Part shown: positions 13,300-25,198 of the stretch, in pieces | Numbering within the stretch: position 1 is the first letter of the stretch | Layout of the letters: every line of letters starts with the position of its first letter | NCBI GenBank assembly: GCA_964016885.1 | Contig: OZ024760.1 | Location: 28,644,001 to 28,708,000 of the forward strand | Reading direction: 5' to 3' | Length of the DNA stretch: 64,000 nucleotides | DNA from: Eledone cirrhosa | Taxonomy: Eukaryota | The notes under the pieces: model-generated | What the model was told of the DNA's origin: nothing | What the model saw: the letters and a program-made list of their open reading frames with translations, nothing else | Databases searched by the model: none | Made by a program: the position numbers and the translations under genes

Positions 13300-16268
13300 C
13301 TAGTTTAGTATAGTTTGTATTATTGGTCTGGTTATAGTATAGTTAGTATTGTTGGTTCTGGTTTAGTATAATTAGTATTATTGGTCTGGTTTAGTATAGT
13401 TAGTGTTGTTGGCTGGTTTAGTATAGTTTGTATTATTGGTCTGGTTTAGTATAGTTAGTATTGTTGGTCTGGTTTAGTATAATTAGTATTATTGGTCTGG
13501 TTTAGTATAGTTAGTGTTGTTGGCTGGTTTAGTATAATTAGTATTATTGGTCTGGTTTAGTATAGTTAGTGTTGTTGGCTGGTTTAGTATAGTTAGTATT
13601 ATTGGTCTGGTTTAGTATAGTTAGTGTTGTTGGTCTGGTTTAGTATAGTTAGTGTTGTTGGTCTGGTTTAGTATAGTTAGTATTATTGGTCTGGTTTAGT
13701 ATAGTTAGTGTTGTTGGCTGGTTTAGTATAGTTAGTATTATTGGTCTGGTTTAATATAGTTAGTGTTGTTGGTCTGGTTTAGTATAGTTAGTATTGTTGG
13801 TCTGGTTTAGTATAGTTAGTATTATTGGTCTGATTTAATATAGTTAGTGTTGTTGGTCTGGTTTAGTATAGTTAGTATTATTGGTCTGGTTTAGTATAGT
13901 TAGTGTTGTTGGGTGGTTTAGTACAGTTAGTATTGTTGGTCTGGTTTAGTATAGTTAGTATTATTGGTCTGATTTAATATAGTTAGTGTTGTTGGTCTGG
14001 TTTAGTATAGTTAGTATTATTGGTCTGGTTTAGTATAGTTAGTATTATTGGTCTGGTTTAATATAGTTAGTATTATTGGTCTGGTTTAATATAGTTAGTG
14101 TTGTTGGTCTGGTTTAGTATAGTTAGAGTTGTTGGTCTGGTTTAGTATAGTTAGTATTGTTGGTCTGGTTTAGTATAGTTAGTATTATTGGTCTGGTTTA
14201 ATATAGTTAGTGTTGTTGGTCTGGTTTAGTATAGTTAGTATTATTGGTCTGGTTTAGTATAGTTAGTATTGTTGGTCTGGTTTAATATAGTTAGTGTTGT
14301 TGGTCTGGTTTAGTATAGTTAGTGTTGTTGGTCTGGTTTAGTATAGTTAGTATTGTTGGTCTGGTTTAATATAGTTAGTATTGTTGGTCTGGTTTAGTAT
14401 AGTTAGTGTTGTTGGTCTGGTTTAGTATAGTTAGTATTGTTGGTCTGGTTTAGTATAGTTAGTGTTGTTGGTCTGGTTTAGTATAGTTTAGTATAGTTAG
14501 TATTGTTGGTCTGGTTTAGTATAGTTAGTGTTGTTGGTCTGGTTTAGTACAGTTAGTATTGTTGGTCTGGTTTAGTATAGTTAGTGTTGTTGGTCTGGTT
14601 TAGTATAGTTAGTATTATTGGTCTTGTTTAATATTGTTAGTGTTGTTGGTCTGGTTTAGTATAGTTAGTATTATTGGTCTGGTTTAGTATAGTTAGTGTT
14701 ATTGGTCTGGTTTAGTATAGTTAGTATTATTGGTCTGGTTTAGTATAGTTAGTGTTATTGGTCTGGTTTAGTATAGTTAGTGTTATTGGTGTGGTTCAGT
14801 ATAGTTAGTGTTGTTGGTCTGGTTTAGCATAGTTAGTGTTGTTGGTCTGGTTTAGTATAGTTAGTATTATTGGTCTGGTTTAGTATAGTTAGTGTTATTG
14901 GTCGGGTTTAGTATAGTTAGTGTTGTTGGTCTGGTTTAGTATAGTTAGTATTGTTGGTCTGGTTTAATATAGTTAGTGTTGTTGGTCTGGTTTAGTATAG
15001 TTAGTGTTGTTGGTCTGGTTTAGTATAGTTAGTATTGTTGGTATGGTTTAGTATAGTTAGTGTTGTTGGCTGGTTTAGTATAGTTAGTATTGTTGGTATG
15101 GTTTAGTATAGTTAGTATTATTGGTCTGGTTTAGTATAGTTAGTATTGTTGGTCTGGTTTAGTATAGTTAGTGTTATTGGTCTGGTTTAGTATAGTTAGT
15201 GTTGTTGGTCTGGTTTAGTATAGTTAGTATTGTTGGTCTGGTTTAGTATAGTTAGTGTTGTTGGTCTGGTTTAGTATAGTTAGTGTTGTTGGTCTGGTTT
15301 ATTATAGTTAGTATTATTGGTCTGGTTTAATATTGTTAGTGTTGTTGGTCTGGTTTAGTATAGTTAGTATTATTGGTCTGGTTTAGTATAGTTAGTGTTA
15401 TTGGTCTGGTTTAGTATAGTTAGTATTATTGGTCTGGTTTAGTATAGTTAGTATTATTGGTCTGGTTTAGTATAGTTAGTATTGTTGGTCTGGTTTAGTA
15501 TAGTTAGTGTTGTTGGTCTGGTTTAGTATAGTTAGTATTGTTGGTCTGGTTTAGTATAGTTAGTATTGTTGGTCTGGTTTAGTATAGTTAGTGTTGTTGG
15601 TCTGGTTTAGTATAGTTAGTATTATTGGTCTGGTTTAGTATAGTTAGTATTGTTGGTCTGGTTTAGTATAGTTAGTATTATTGGTCTGGTTTAGTATAGT
15701 TAGTATTGTTGGTCTGGTTTAGTATAGTTAGTGTTGTTGGTCTGGTTTAGTATAGTTAGTATTATTGGTCTGGTTTAGTATAGTTAGTGTTGTTGGTGTG
15801 GTTTAGTATAGTTAGTATTGTTGGTCTGGTTTAGTATAGTTAGTGTTGTTGGTCTGGTTTAGTATAGTTAGTATTGTTGGTCTGGTTTAATATAGTTAGT
15901 GTTGTTGGTCTGGTTTAGTATAGTTAGTGTTATTGGCTGGTTTAGTATAGTTATTGTTGTTGGTCTGGTTTAGTATAGTTAGTGTTATTGGTCTGGTTTA
16001 GTATAGTTAGTGTTATTGGCTGGTTTAGTATAGTTATTGTTGTTGGTCTGGTTTAGTATAGTTAGTGTTATTGGTCTGGTTTAGTATAGTTAGTATTATT
16101 GGTCTGTTTAGTATAGTTAGTGTTGTTGGCTGGTTTATTATAGTTAGTATTGTTGGTCTGGTTTAGTATAGTTAGTATTGTTGGTCTGGTTTAGTATAGT
16201 TAGTATTGTTGGTCTAGTTTAGTATAGTTAGTGTTGTTGGTCTGGTTTAGTATAGTTAGTATTGTTGG
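13300..16268. repeat. 28-bp minisatellite, about 105 units
   Basis: Unit TGGTCTGGTTTAGTATAGTTAGT(A/G)TT(A/G)T. Confidence 0.97.
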
Positions 16269-16524
16269 TGTGTGTGTGTGTGTGTGTGTGTGCAAGTATA
16301 TGTGTGTGTGTGTGTAAGTATATGTGTGTGTGTGTAAATATGTGTATGTATTTGTGTGTGTGTAAGTATAGATATGAGTGTGTATAAGTATACATAAGTG
16401 TGTGTGTAAGTATAGATATGTGTGTGTAAGTATACATACGTGTGTGTGTATAGAAATGCAAATTCTTTTGTATAATTCATAAGCTATTTCTTAAAGCTAC
16501 ATGACAGGTTGAGAGACAGCTGAT

Positions 16525-17130
16525 AACACCACCACCAGCACCACTACCACCAGCATCACCAGCACCCCTACCACCACCACCACCAGCACCACCAGCACCA
16601 CTACCACCACCACCACCCCTACTCCTACCCCCACTACCACCACCACCAGCATCACTACCACCACCACCAGCATCACTACCACCACTACCAGCACCACCAC
16701 CACCACTACCACCACCACCACCACAACCACCCCTAGCACCACCACCACCACACCACCCTTACCACCACCACCACACCACCCTTACCACAACCACCACCAC
16801 CACCACCACCACCCCTACCACCACCACCACCCCTACAACCACCACCACCCCTACCACCACCACCACCACCACCACCACCACCACTACCACCACCACCACC
16901 ACTACCACCACTACTACAATACCACCACCACCATCCTCATCACCACTACCACCACCACCATCACCACTACCACCATCACCACTACCACCACCACCACTAC
17001 CATCCTCATCACCACTACCACCACCATCCTCACCACCACCAACACCACCGCCACCATACCACCACTACCATCACCTCCACCACCACCATCAGCACCACTA
17101 CCACCACCACCAACTCCACCCCCTCCCCAC
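16525..17130. repeat. (CAC)n microsatellite
   Basis: Simple repeat. Confidence 0.95.
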
Positions 17131-17324
17131 CAATGTATAACAAGAAACCTCAAACTTTCTCTTCAGCCATCTTTATACAGTTTCTCCTAGTTAGTCATGG
17201 ATGGATTGTCAGGTAATGACTTTGGGAGAGGAATTCATTTTTTTTAGTTGTTTTATTTTTATGGACAGATGCTCTCTCAGCCGTGAACAGTCGCGGCTGT
17301 GGTTTACACTTCCTGTAATTGTAG

Positions 17325-17750
17325 TCTGTGGCCATACTGGGGTAGTGACTTTACTGGTGTCAGTCATTAGACTGTGGCCATGCTGGGGTACTGACTTTAC
17401 TGGTGTCAGTCATTAGACTGTGGCCATACTGGGGTAGTGACTTTACTGGTGTCAGTCATTAGACTGTGGCCATACTGGGGTAGTGACTTTACTGGTGTCA
17501 GTCATTAGACTGTGGCCATGCTGGGGTAGTGACTTTACTGGTGTCAGTCATTAGACTGTGGCCATGCTGGGGTAGTGACTTTACTGGTGTCAGTCATTAG
17601 ACTGTGGCCATGCTGGGGCACTGTACATTTACTGGTGTCAGTCATTGGACTGTGGCCATACTGGAGCACTGCCTTTACTGGTTTCAGTCATTGGACTGTG
17701 GCCATACTGGGGCACTGCCTTTACTGGTGGCAGTTATTAGATTGTAGCCA
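17325..17750. repeat. 46-bp minisatellite, about 9 units
   Basis: GACTGTGGCCAT(A/G)CTGGGGTAGTGACTTTACTGGTGTCAGTCATTA. Confidence 0.95.
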
Positions 17751-17932
17751 TATGTGCGTGTCACTTATGCTACTGTGTATGTGTGTATATACATGTGTGT
17801 GTGTGTGTGTGTACGTGTGCCAAGCTCATGGATTTTATCTATCTATCTCTCTTGGTCTACCACTGGGTCTCCTACGGCTTGGTTTTGCCTGTAAAATCTA
17901 TCCAGTTTCTACTGGCTTCAGTGGAACTCCAA

Positions 17933-17986
<54 letters not shown>

Positions 17987-18248
17987 ATACATCAAACAGT
18001 CAGCAATGATGGGCACATTAATAGCTAGTGACGGCAGTGGGGTGTTAATGATTGTTATCATTTTATCAGTCATCAATTTGGCTTCAAGTTTCCAAACTTC
18101 CAACATGGCAGTTGACCCACTTGTATCATGAATTGATCTAGCTGTCTGTCAGTGAAAATATTTATTTATCAGGATGGACAATTAGTTGTCATAATCCTGC
18201 TGAAGTCTTCACCTAAATTAGTAGGATATTTATTTAACCCTTTAGCAT

Positions 18249-18745
18249 CTCCAGATCTGCCAGCCACATCAATGTCGCAGCGGATCCACTGTGGACTCTT
18301 TCAGCCTCCACCCGCTTTCCTGCCGCCTTCCATGCCATGCTGCCCTCAACAAGGTCATAAAGCATGGCTTGGATGCTGCGGGCTTTCCTTCCCAGCTCGA
18401 GCCGGTGGGGCTGGACCGAGGGGACGGCAAAAGGCCAGATGGCATGACCATCACCCCGTTCCGCGGTGGCAAACCCCTCGTCTGAGATGCCACTTACACT
18501 GGCACTTTCTGCAGCTGCAACCTGGTGCAATCTGCGACTAACCCAGGTTCTGCTGCACGTTGGGCTGAGGGTGCCACACTCCTCAAATACCGGTTGCTCT
18601 CTGACAGGTTTGCAGTTGTACCCCTGGCAGTGGAGACTTCTGGTGTCCTCGGCCCTAGGGCTCCCTCCCTACTCACCACCATAGGCGCTGAGCTGGCCAA
18701 CCACAGGTGTGAACCCCGCGAGTTGGAGTGGCTTTTCCCTTGCTG
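18249..18745 (+). pseudogene. CRE-clade non-LTR retrotransposon C-terminus (zinc knuckle + restriction-like endonuclease)
   Basis: One frame: LQICQPHQCRSGSTVDSFSLHPLSCR..HAALN..LEP..DGKRPDG..LV*DAT..AE..KY..VPLAVETSG; stop at 18483. Confidence 0.8.
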
Positions 18746-18904
18746 TCCTCCAGGGCTGTGGGGGGTGGGGTGGGGGGCATCGCGTAACATTCCATATTTA
18801 GGTATCCAGATTAATGGTTTTTAATAACCTATCATAAATGGTTTACTTTACTTTATATTTACTATTGTGTTTTCGTGGTAAGTACTTTATCTCACATGCC
18901 TCCA

Positions 18905-19217
18905 GGGGGAACCCTAATAGGGGGTTTAACCCCCATTAGGGTGTCTTAATATTATTAAAATTTGCTGAAATTTTGTGAATAGGCATCAAATCTTCTGGTT
19001 TACCTATGGTTTGAATTTAATATAAATCGAAGAGAAAAAATTTTTAGCAAGGGTTTGTTCCCCCGATCTTTTGATTAAAATGAAATATACTTATCCAAGT
19101 ACCCTGGGCAATGTAGTTTCAGAATATATATGGTTATGGGGGTCTATCTCCAAAACCATAGGAGGAGTTCGTGAACAAACAAACAAACAGACAGGTATAC
19201 AACTTTATATATATAGA
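18905..19217 (-). mobile_element. Helitron-like 5' fragment
   Basis: Minus strand A|TCTATATATATAAAGTTG followed by (TTTG)n; left boundary uncertain. Confidence 0.5.
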
Positions 19218-19454
19218 TATATATTGAATCTATGAGATATTGATATTATATATTTTGAGAACAATAGTTTAACATGAGTATGAGCAGCCAGTTATGGCCA
19301 TTTTGAACAAAAAGAGGGGAGAGAATTCTGGCTGGATATGGCTGGTTTTAATGCTTAAGGGTTAAATGGAGGTATGTAGCCTAGTGGTCAGGGTGTTGGA
19401 CTTAAGATTGTAATGCCATGGGCTCAATTTCTGGACTGGGTTGTGTGTTCTGTC

Positions 19455-19785
19455 TCATCATCATCATTTTACGTCCACTTTTCCCTGCTTGCAAGGGTGG
19501 GACGGGAACTGATTCTGGCTTGATTTCCACAGCTGGATGCCCTTCCTAACACCAACCTCATTTACAGTGAGTGCTGGGTGCTTTTTTGCCGTGGCACATC
19601 CACGACCACTTTGCAGTGGAATGATAGGGACCCTAGTCCTATCATCTCATTTCTACAGCTGAGTAAACTGGAGCAATGTGAAATAAAGTGTCTTGCTCAA
19701 GGAAACAACACATCACCCGGTCTGAGAATTGAACTCACAACCTTTCGATTGCAAGGCCAATACTCTAACGACTAAGCCATGTGCT
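19455..19785 (-). mobile_element. tRNA-head CORE/Meta SINE with RTE tail
   Basis: Reverse complement of 60260-60632. Confidence 0.85.
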
Positions 19786-19971
19786 TAGAGTAGAGTGCTT
19801 CCAATCTACTGTAAAACTCATTCTTTGATGTACTCATTGAATCTTGTATAACTCTTTAATATATGTATATATATATATATAATATATATAAAATTGGAAT
19901 TTATATAACCCATACGTACATATGTATATGTATTTGTATGTATATATATATTTATATATATATATGTACAG

Positions 19972-20692
19972 GATATACGCAGACTAGAGAGGAACGAAGC
20001 TTGCATGCTCCGCTGGATGTGTAACAGTAATATACGTGAACGGCAAAGCATAAACGAACTAAGGAAAAAATTAGAGATAAGAGGGATCAGATGTTGTTTA
20101 CTCGAGAGAGGGCTACGTTGGTATGGACACGTGATGCGCATGAAAGTCGATAGCTATATAACAAAGTGCAGGGCAATAAAGATAGACGGTAGCCATGGAA
20201 TAGGCAGACCTAGAAAAACCTGGGACGAGCTGATAAACTCCGACCTCACACACTTACACCTCTCCAAGACAATGTCACTGGACCGAGACCTTTGGCGGTA
20301 CTCAGTAACAGAGAAGACCCGCCTTGCCAGTAGGCATCTCTAACAAAATACACCCCGTCCCGCCACCACCCCCACCCATCCACACCACCCCGTCCTATGT
20401 AAAGTTATGTTGGTGCCGCGCCATCCAGGCCGAAACAAATGAGATCGTGTAGGTGTCACGACAAAAAAACACACAGTCCACACTGTAATGTGGCCGTGTA
20501 GGCAACACGGTAAAAACCTCCCAGACCCACACTGTAAATGTGGTTGGTGTTAGGAAGGGCATCCAACTGTAGAAAACCTGCCAGACAGTCCTATGCGAGC
20601 AAGACAATCACTCTTGCCTCAAGTGGGACTACCCCCGTCCAAACCCATGCAAGCGTGGAGCACGGACGTTAAACGTTGATGATGATGATGAT
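19972..20692 (+). mobile_element. RTE LINE 3' end with Meta-domain-containing 3'UTR
   Basis: LRWMC..LRWYGHVMRM..GRPRKTW..EKTRLA; then GGTGTTAGGAAGGGCATCC and GTTAAACG(ATG)n tail. Confidence 0.85.
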
Positions 20693-20737
20693 GTGCATAC
20701 TTATATATATATGTGTGTGTGTGTATGTATATATATA

Positions 20738-20779
<42 letters not shown>

Positions 20780-20793
20780 TGTGCATACTTATT

Positions 20794-20827
<34 letters not shown>

Positions 20828-20978
20828 CATGTGTATGTATGTATGTATATATATGTGTATATATATATATATATGTATATATATATGTATATATATATAT
20901 ATATATATACACTATTGACTTAATTTCAAAGATTGTAATACATCTTGTTCAACTGCAGGCTGAGACCTGAAAACATGT

Positions 20979-20979
<1 letters not shown>

Positions 20980-21044
<65 letters not shown>

Positions 21045-21756
21045 CTCTCTCATTGCTTCTCTCTCTCTCTCATAGTCTCTCATTGCTTCCCTCTCTCTCT
21101 CTCTCTCATACTCTCTCACTGCTTCTCTCTCTCTCACACACTCTCTCACTGCTTCTCTCTCTCACACACTCTCTCACTGCTTCTCTCTCTCATACACTCT
21201 CTCACTGCTTCTCTCTCTCTCTCACACACTCTCTCACTGCTTCCCTCTCTGTCTCTCACACACTCTCTCACTGCTTCTCTCTCTCTCATACTCTCTCACT
21301 GCTTCTCTCTCTCTCTCTCTCACTCACACACTCTCTCACTGCTTCTCTCTCTCCCTCACACTCTCTCTCTCACACTCTCTCTCTCTTTCACACTCACACT
21401 CTCTCTCACACTCTCTGCTTTTCTCTCCCTCACTCTTTTCTCTCTATATATTTCTTTCTCTCTCACCTTGCCACACTGTGTTACATACTCTCCCTCCCTC
21501 CCTCCCTCTCTCTTTCACCTTACCACACTTTGTCACATACTCTCTCTCTCTCTCTCCTTGCCCCTCACACCATCACCACCCAAATATGTCTATATAGGTT
21601 ACTATATGGACATATATACAGGGTGTCCCACAAAAATGTATACATACTTTGAGTTATTTGCTGTTGAAAAGTGTATACATTTTTGGGGGACACTCTATAT
21701 GTATGTAAGAGATAATAATGGATTATTCCACTATTAATTCTGTAGAAACACTGTCA

Positions 21757-21815
<59 letters not shown>

Positions 21816-22023
21816 CTCCCTCCTCTCTCTCTCTCCCTCCTCTCTCTCTCTCCCTCCTCTCTCTCTCTCCCCCTCCTCTCTATCTCTCTTTCTCTCTCTC
21901 TCTCTCCTCTCTCTCCTCTCTCTCCTCTCACTCCTCTCTCTCTATATATATATATCTCCTCCCTCTCTCCATCTCTATGTATGTGTGTTTGTGTCACTTT
22001 CTCTTTCTCTTTCTTTCACCTTG

Positions 22024-22096
<73 letters not shown>

Positions 22097-22850
22097 CACA
22101 CACACACACGCACAGTCTCACATACACACCCAGTCACACCCAGTCACACACACAGTCTCACACACACACAGTCACAGCCAGTCACACACAGTCACACACA
22201 GTCACACACATGCACACACAGTCACACACACACACAGTCTCACACACAGTCTCACACACACACAGTCACACGCAGTCACACACACAGTCACACACACACA
22301 CACACACAGACACACACACAGTCACACAGACAGACACATACAGTCACACAGACAGACACACAGAGACACACACAGTCACACAGACACACACACACACACA
22401 CATTCACACACACACAGCCACAGACACACAGTCACACAGACACACACACACACACAGTCTCACACACAGTCACACACAGTCACACACACGCACACACACA
22501 CAGTCACACACAGTCACACTCACACAGTCACACACACACAGTCACACACACACAGTCACACACACACAATCACACACACACACACAGTCGCACAGTCACA
22601 CACACACAATCACACACACACACACAGTCGCACAGTCACACACACAGACACAGTCACACAGACAGTCACACACACAGACAGTCACATACACAGTCACCCA
22701 GTCACACACCCACACACACACTCTCCATCTCCCTCACACCCTCTCTCTTCATCTCCCTCTCTCACCTTGCCACACACACACACACAGACAACCACACACT
22801 CTGTCTCTCACTGCCCCTCATGCGCTCTACCTCTCTCTACCCCCCCCCAC
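20980..22850. repeat. (CT)n/(CA)n/CACAGT compound microsatellite
   Basis: Simple repeats. Confidence 0.95.
21617..21699. mobile_element. Tc1/mariner-type mini-MITE
   Basis: TA|CAGGGTGTCCCACAAAAATGTATACA ... TGTATACATTTTTGGGGGACACTCTA|TA. Confidence 0.7.
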
Positions 22851-22964
22851 ATGACCATATAAGGTATTGATATACAACCACACAGTATAAATGCTAGAAA
22901 CAAAATCAATGAAGACTTGTTAAAACTTTTCTGTTTGATATAAGTAACGTCCCCAGTAAGACTA

Positions 22965-23272
22965 CAGTTCAAATCCCGCCGAGGTTAACTTTGCCTTTCA
23001 TCCTTACGGGGTCGATAAAATAAAGTACCAGTAATACCCTGGAATAATTGCTGGCCTTGTGCCAAAAGTAGAAACAATTATTAATACGTGGATTGGCAGT
23101 ATCGGTAGAGGGTCGGACGCCATGCTTTCCAGCATAGTTACGTCCCTTTACGATCCGAGTTCAAATCCCTCCGAGGTTAACTTTGCCGTTCATTCTTACG
23201 AGGTCGATAAAATAAAGTACCCGTAATACACTGGGATAATTGCTGGCCTTGTGCCAAAAGTAGAAACAATTA
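22965..23272 (+). mobile_element. Tandem Nin-domain-like SINEs
   Basis: Two copies of the B-box + Nin-like core + tail. Confidence 0.8.
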
Positions 23273-23384
23273 TATCATTATACATCTTTATATATATGGA
23301 ATATATTTATATGTTTATTGTCATAGAGTCCTCAATATATTTCTGTTATGTCCTTATCGATAAATGAATACACTGCAACAATAT

Positions 23385-24175
23385 GAAGGCACATAGCTTA
23401 GTGGTTAGAGCATTGGGCTTGCAATAGAAAGGTTGTGAGTTCAATTCTCAGACCGAGTGATGTGTTGTTTCCTTGAGCAAGACACTTTATTTCACATTGC
23501 TCCAGTTTACTCAGCTGGGGTCCCTATCATTCCACTGCCAAGTGGTCGTGGGGGTGCCACAGCAAAAAAGCACCCAGCCCTCACTGTAAAGTGGATGTGT
23601 AGGCGCCACGGAAAAAATGCGCCCAGCACTCACTGTAATGTGGTTGTGGAGATGCCACGGCAAAAAAGCACCCAGCACTCACTGCAAAGTGGTCGCCCAG
23701 GCGCCATGGCAAAAAAGCACCCAGCCCACACTGTAAAGTGGTCGTGGAGGTGCCACAGCAAAAAAGCATCCAGCACTGACTGTAAAGTGGTCGTGTAGGT
23801 GCCATGGAAAAAAAGCACCCAGCACTCACTGTAAATGAGGTTGGTGTTAGGAAGGGCATCCAGCTGTAGAAATAAGATGATAGGGACTGGGGTCCCTATT
23901 ATTCCACTGTGAAGTGGTCGTGGAGGTGCCATTGCAAAAAAGCACCCAGCCCACACTGTAAAGTGGTCGTGTAGGCGCCACGGCAAAAAGCACCCAGCAC
24001 TCACTGTAAATGAGGTTGGTGTTAAGAAGGGCATCCAGCTGTAGAAATCAAGCCAGAATCAGTTCCCGTATGAGCAAGAGAAGGTCAGCCGACCGGGCAC
24101 TGCCCACAACAGGACAACCCGTCTAACCCATGCTAGCCTGGAAGAACGGACGTAAAACGGTGATGTTGATGATGA
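23385..24175 (+). mobile_element. CORE/Meta SINE with internal ~58-bp tandem expansion
   Basis: tRNA head AGCTTAGTGGTTAG..GTTCAATTC; repeated CACTGTAAAGTGGTCGT..GCCA..AAAAAAGCACCCAGC; two Meta cores. Confidence 0.8.
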
Positions 24176-24179
24176 GTGT

Positions 24180-24362
24180 AATAATTGTTTCTACTTTTGG
24201 AACAAGGCCAGTAATTACCACAGTGCATTACTGGTACTTTATTTTATCGACCCTGTAAGGATGAAAGGCAAAGTTAACTAGGATTTGAACTCAGATCATA
24301 AAGGGCCATAACTCTATGCTGCAAAGCATGGTGTCTGATGCCCTACTGATACTGCCAATCCA
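24180..24362 (-). mobile_element. Nin-domain-like SINE
   Basis: Reverse complement of the 27023 copy. Confidence 0.75.
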
Positions 24363-25198
24363 CTGCCCTAGAATATAGATATAATGGGGGAGGGAGATGA
24401 AATAAATTGTACACAACAACTACAACAGCAGTAAGAACTACTACTACTACCACTACTACCACTACTACTACTACTACTACTACCACTACAACTACCACTA
24501 CAACTACTACTACACACCACCACCACTACATCACTACCACTACACCACCACCACTACCACCACCACTACACCAGCACCACACCACCACCACCACCACACC
24601 ACCACCACCACTATACCACCACCACCACACCACCACCACCACCACTACCACCACTATACCACCACTATACCACCACCACCACCACTACCACCACCACCAC
24701 CACCACCACTATACCACCACCACTATACCAGCACCACTACCACCACCACCACTATACCACCACCACCACCACTATACCACCACCACCACTACTATACCAC
24801 CACCACTATACCCCACCACTATACCACCACACTATACCACCACCACCACACCACCACCACCACCACCACCACCACCACTATACCACCACTATACCACCAC
24901 CACACCACCACCACCACCACCACCACCACCACCACTATACCACCACCACCACCACCACTACCACCACCACCACTATACCACCACCACAACACCACCACCA
25001 CCACCACCACTGTTCTATTGCAGGTGGTTTCTCATAAAGTCAATACAAGACAAAAATTAACTTCTAATCTTTGACTGTTGTTGTGATACACTCTCTCTTT
25101 CTCTCCTTCTCTCTTTCTCTCTTTCTTTTTCCTCTTTTTTTCTTTTTCTTCTTTACGTTTTTCTTTTTCTTTTTTGCTTTCTTTTCTCCCCCTCTTGT

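Larger units (their letters stand above)
18234..19365. mobile_element. piggyBac-like MITE with cargo
   Basis: TTAA|CCCTTTAGCAT ... ATGCTTAAGGG|TTAA; right part homologous (reverse complement) to 26796-26905 and 27321-27460. Confidence 0.6.

Noticed and set aside
13300-16268. Interstitial telomere
   Set aside because: No TTAGGG/TTAGG runs; it is a 28-bp unit satellite.
17325-17750. CRISPR-like regular repeat
   Set aside because: Head-to-tail units with no unique spacers, no cas genes, eukaryotic context.
18000-18225. Unique stretch as a minus-strand exon
   Set aside because: All frames close quickly after the putative acceptor; no supporting motif.
23530-24010. Repeat-spacer-like pattern CACTGTAAAGTGG..GCACCCAGC
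   Set aside because: Intervening parts are homologous; it is a tandem subrepeat inside a SINE.
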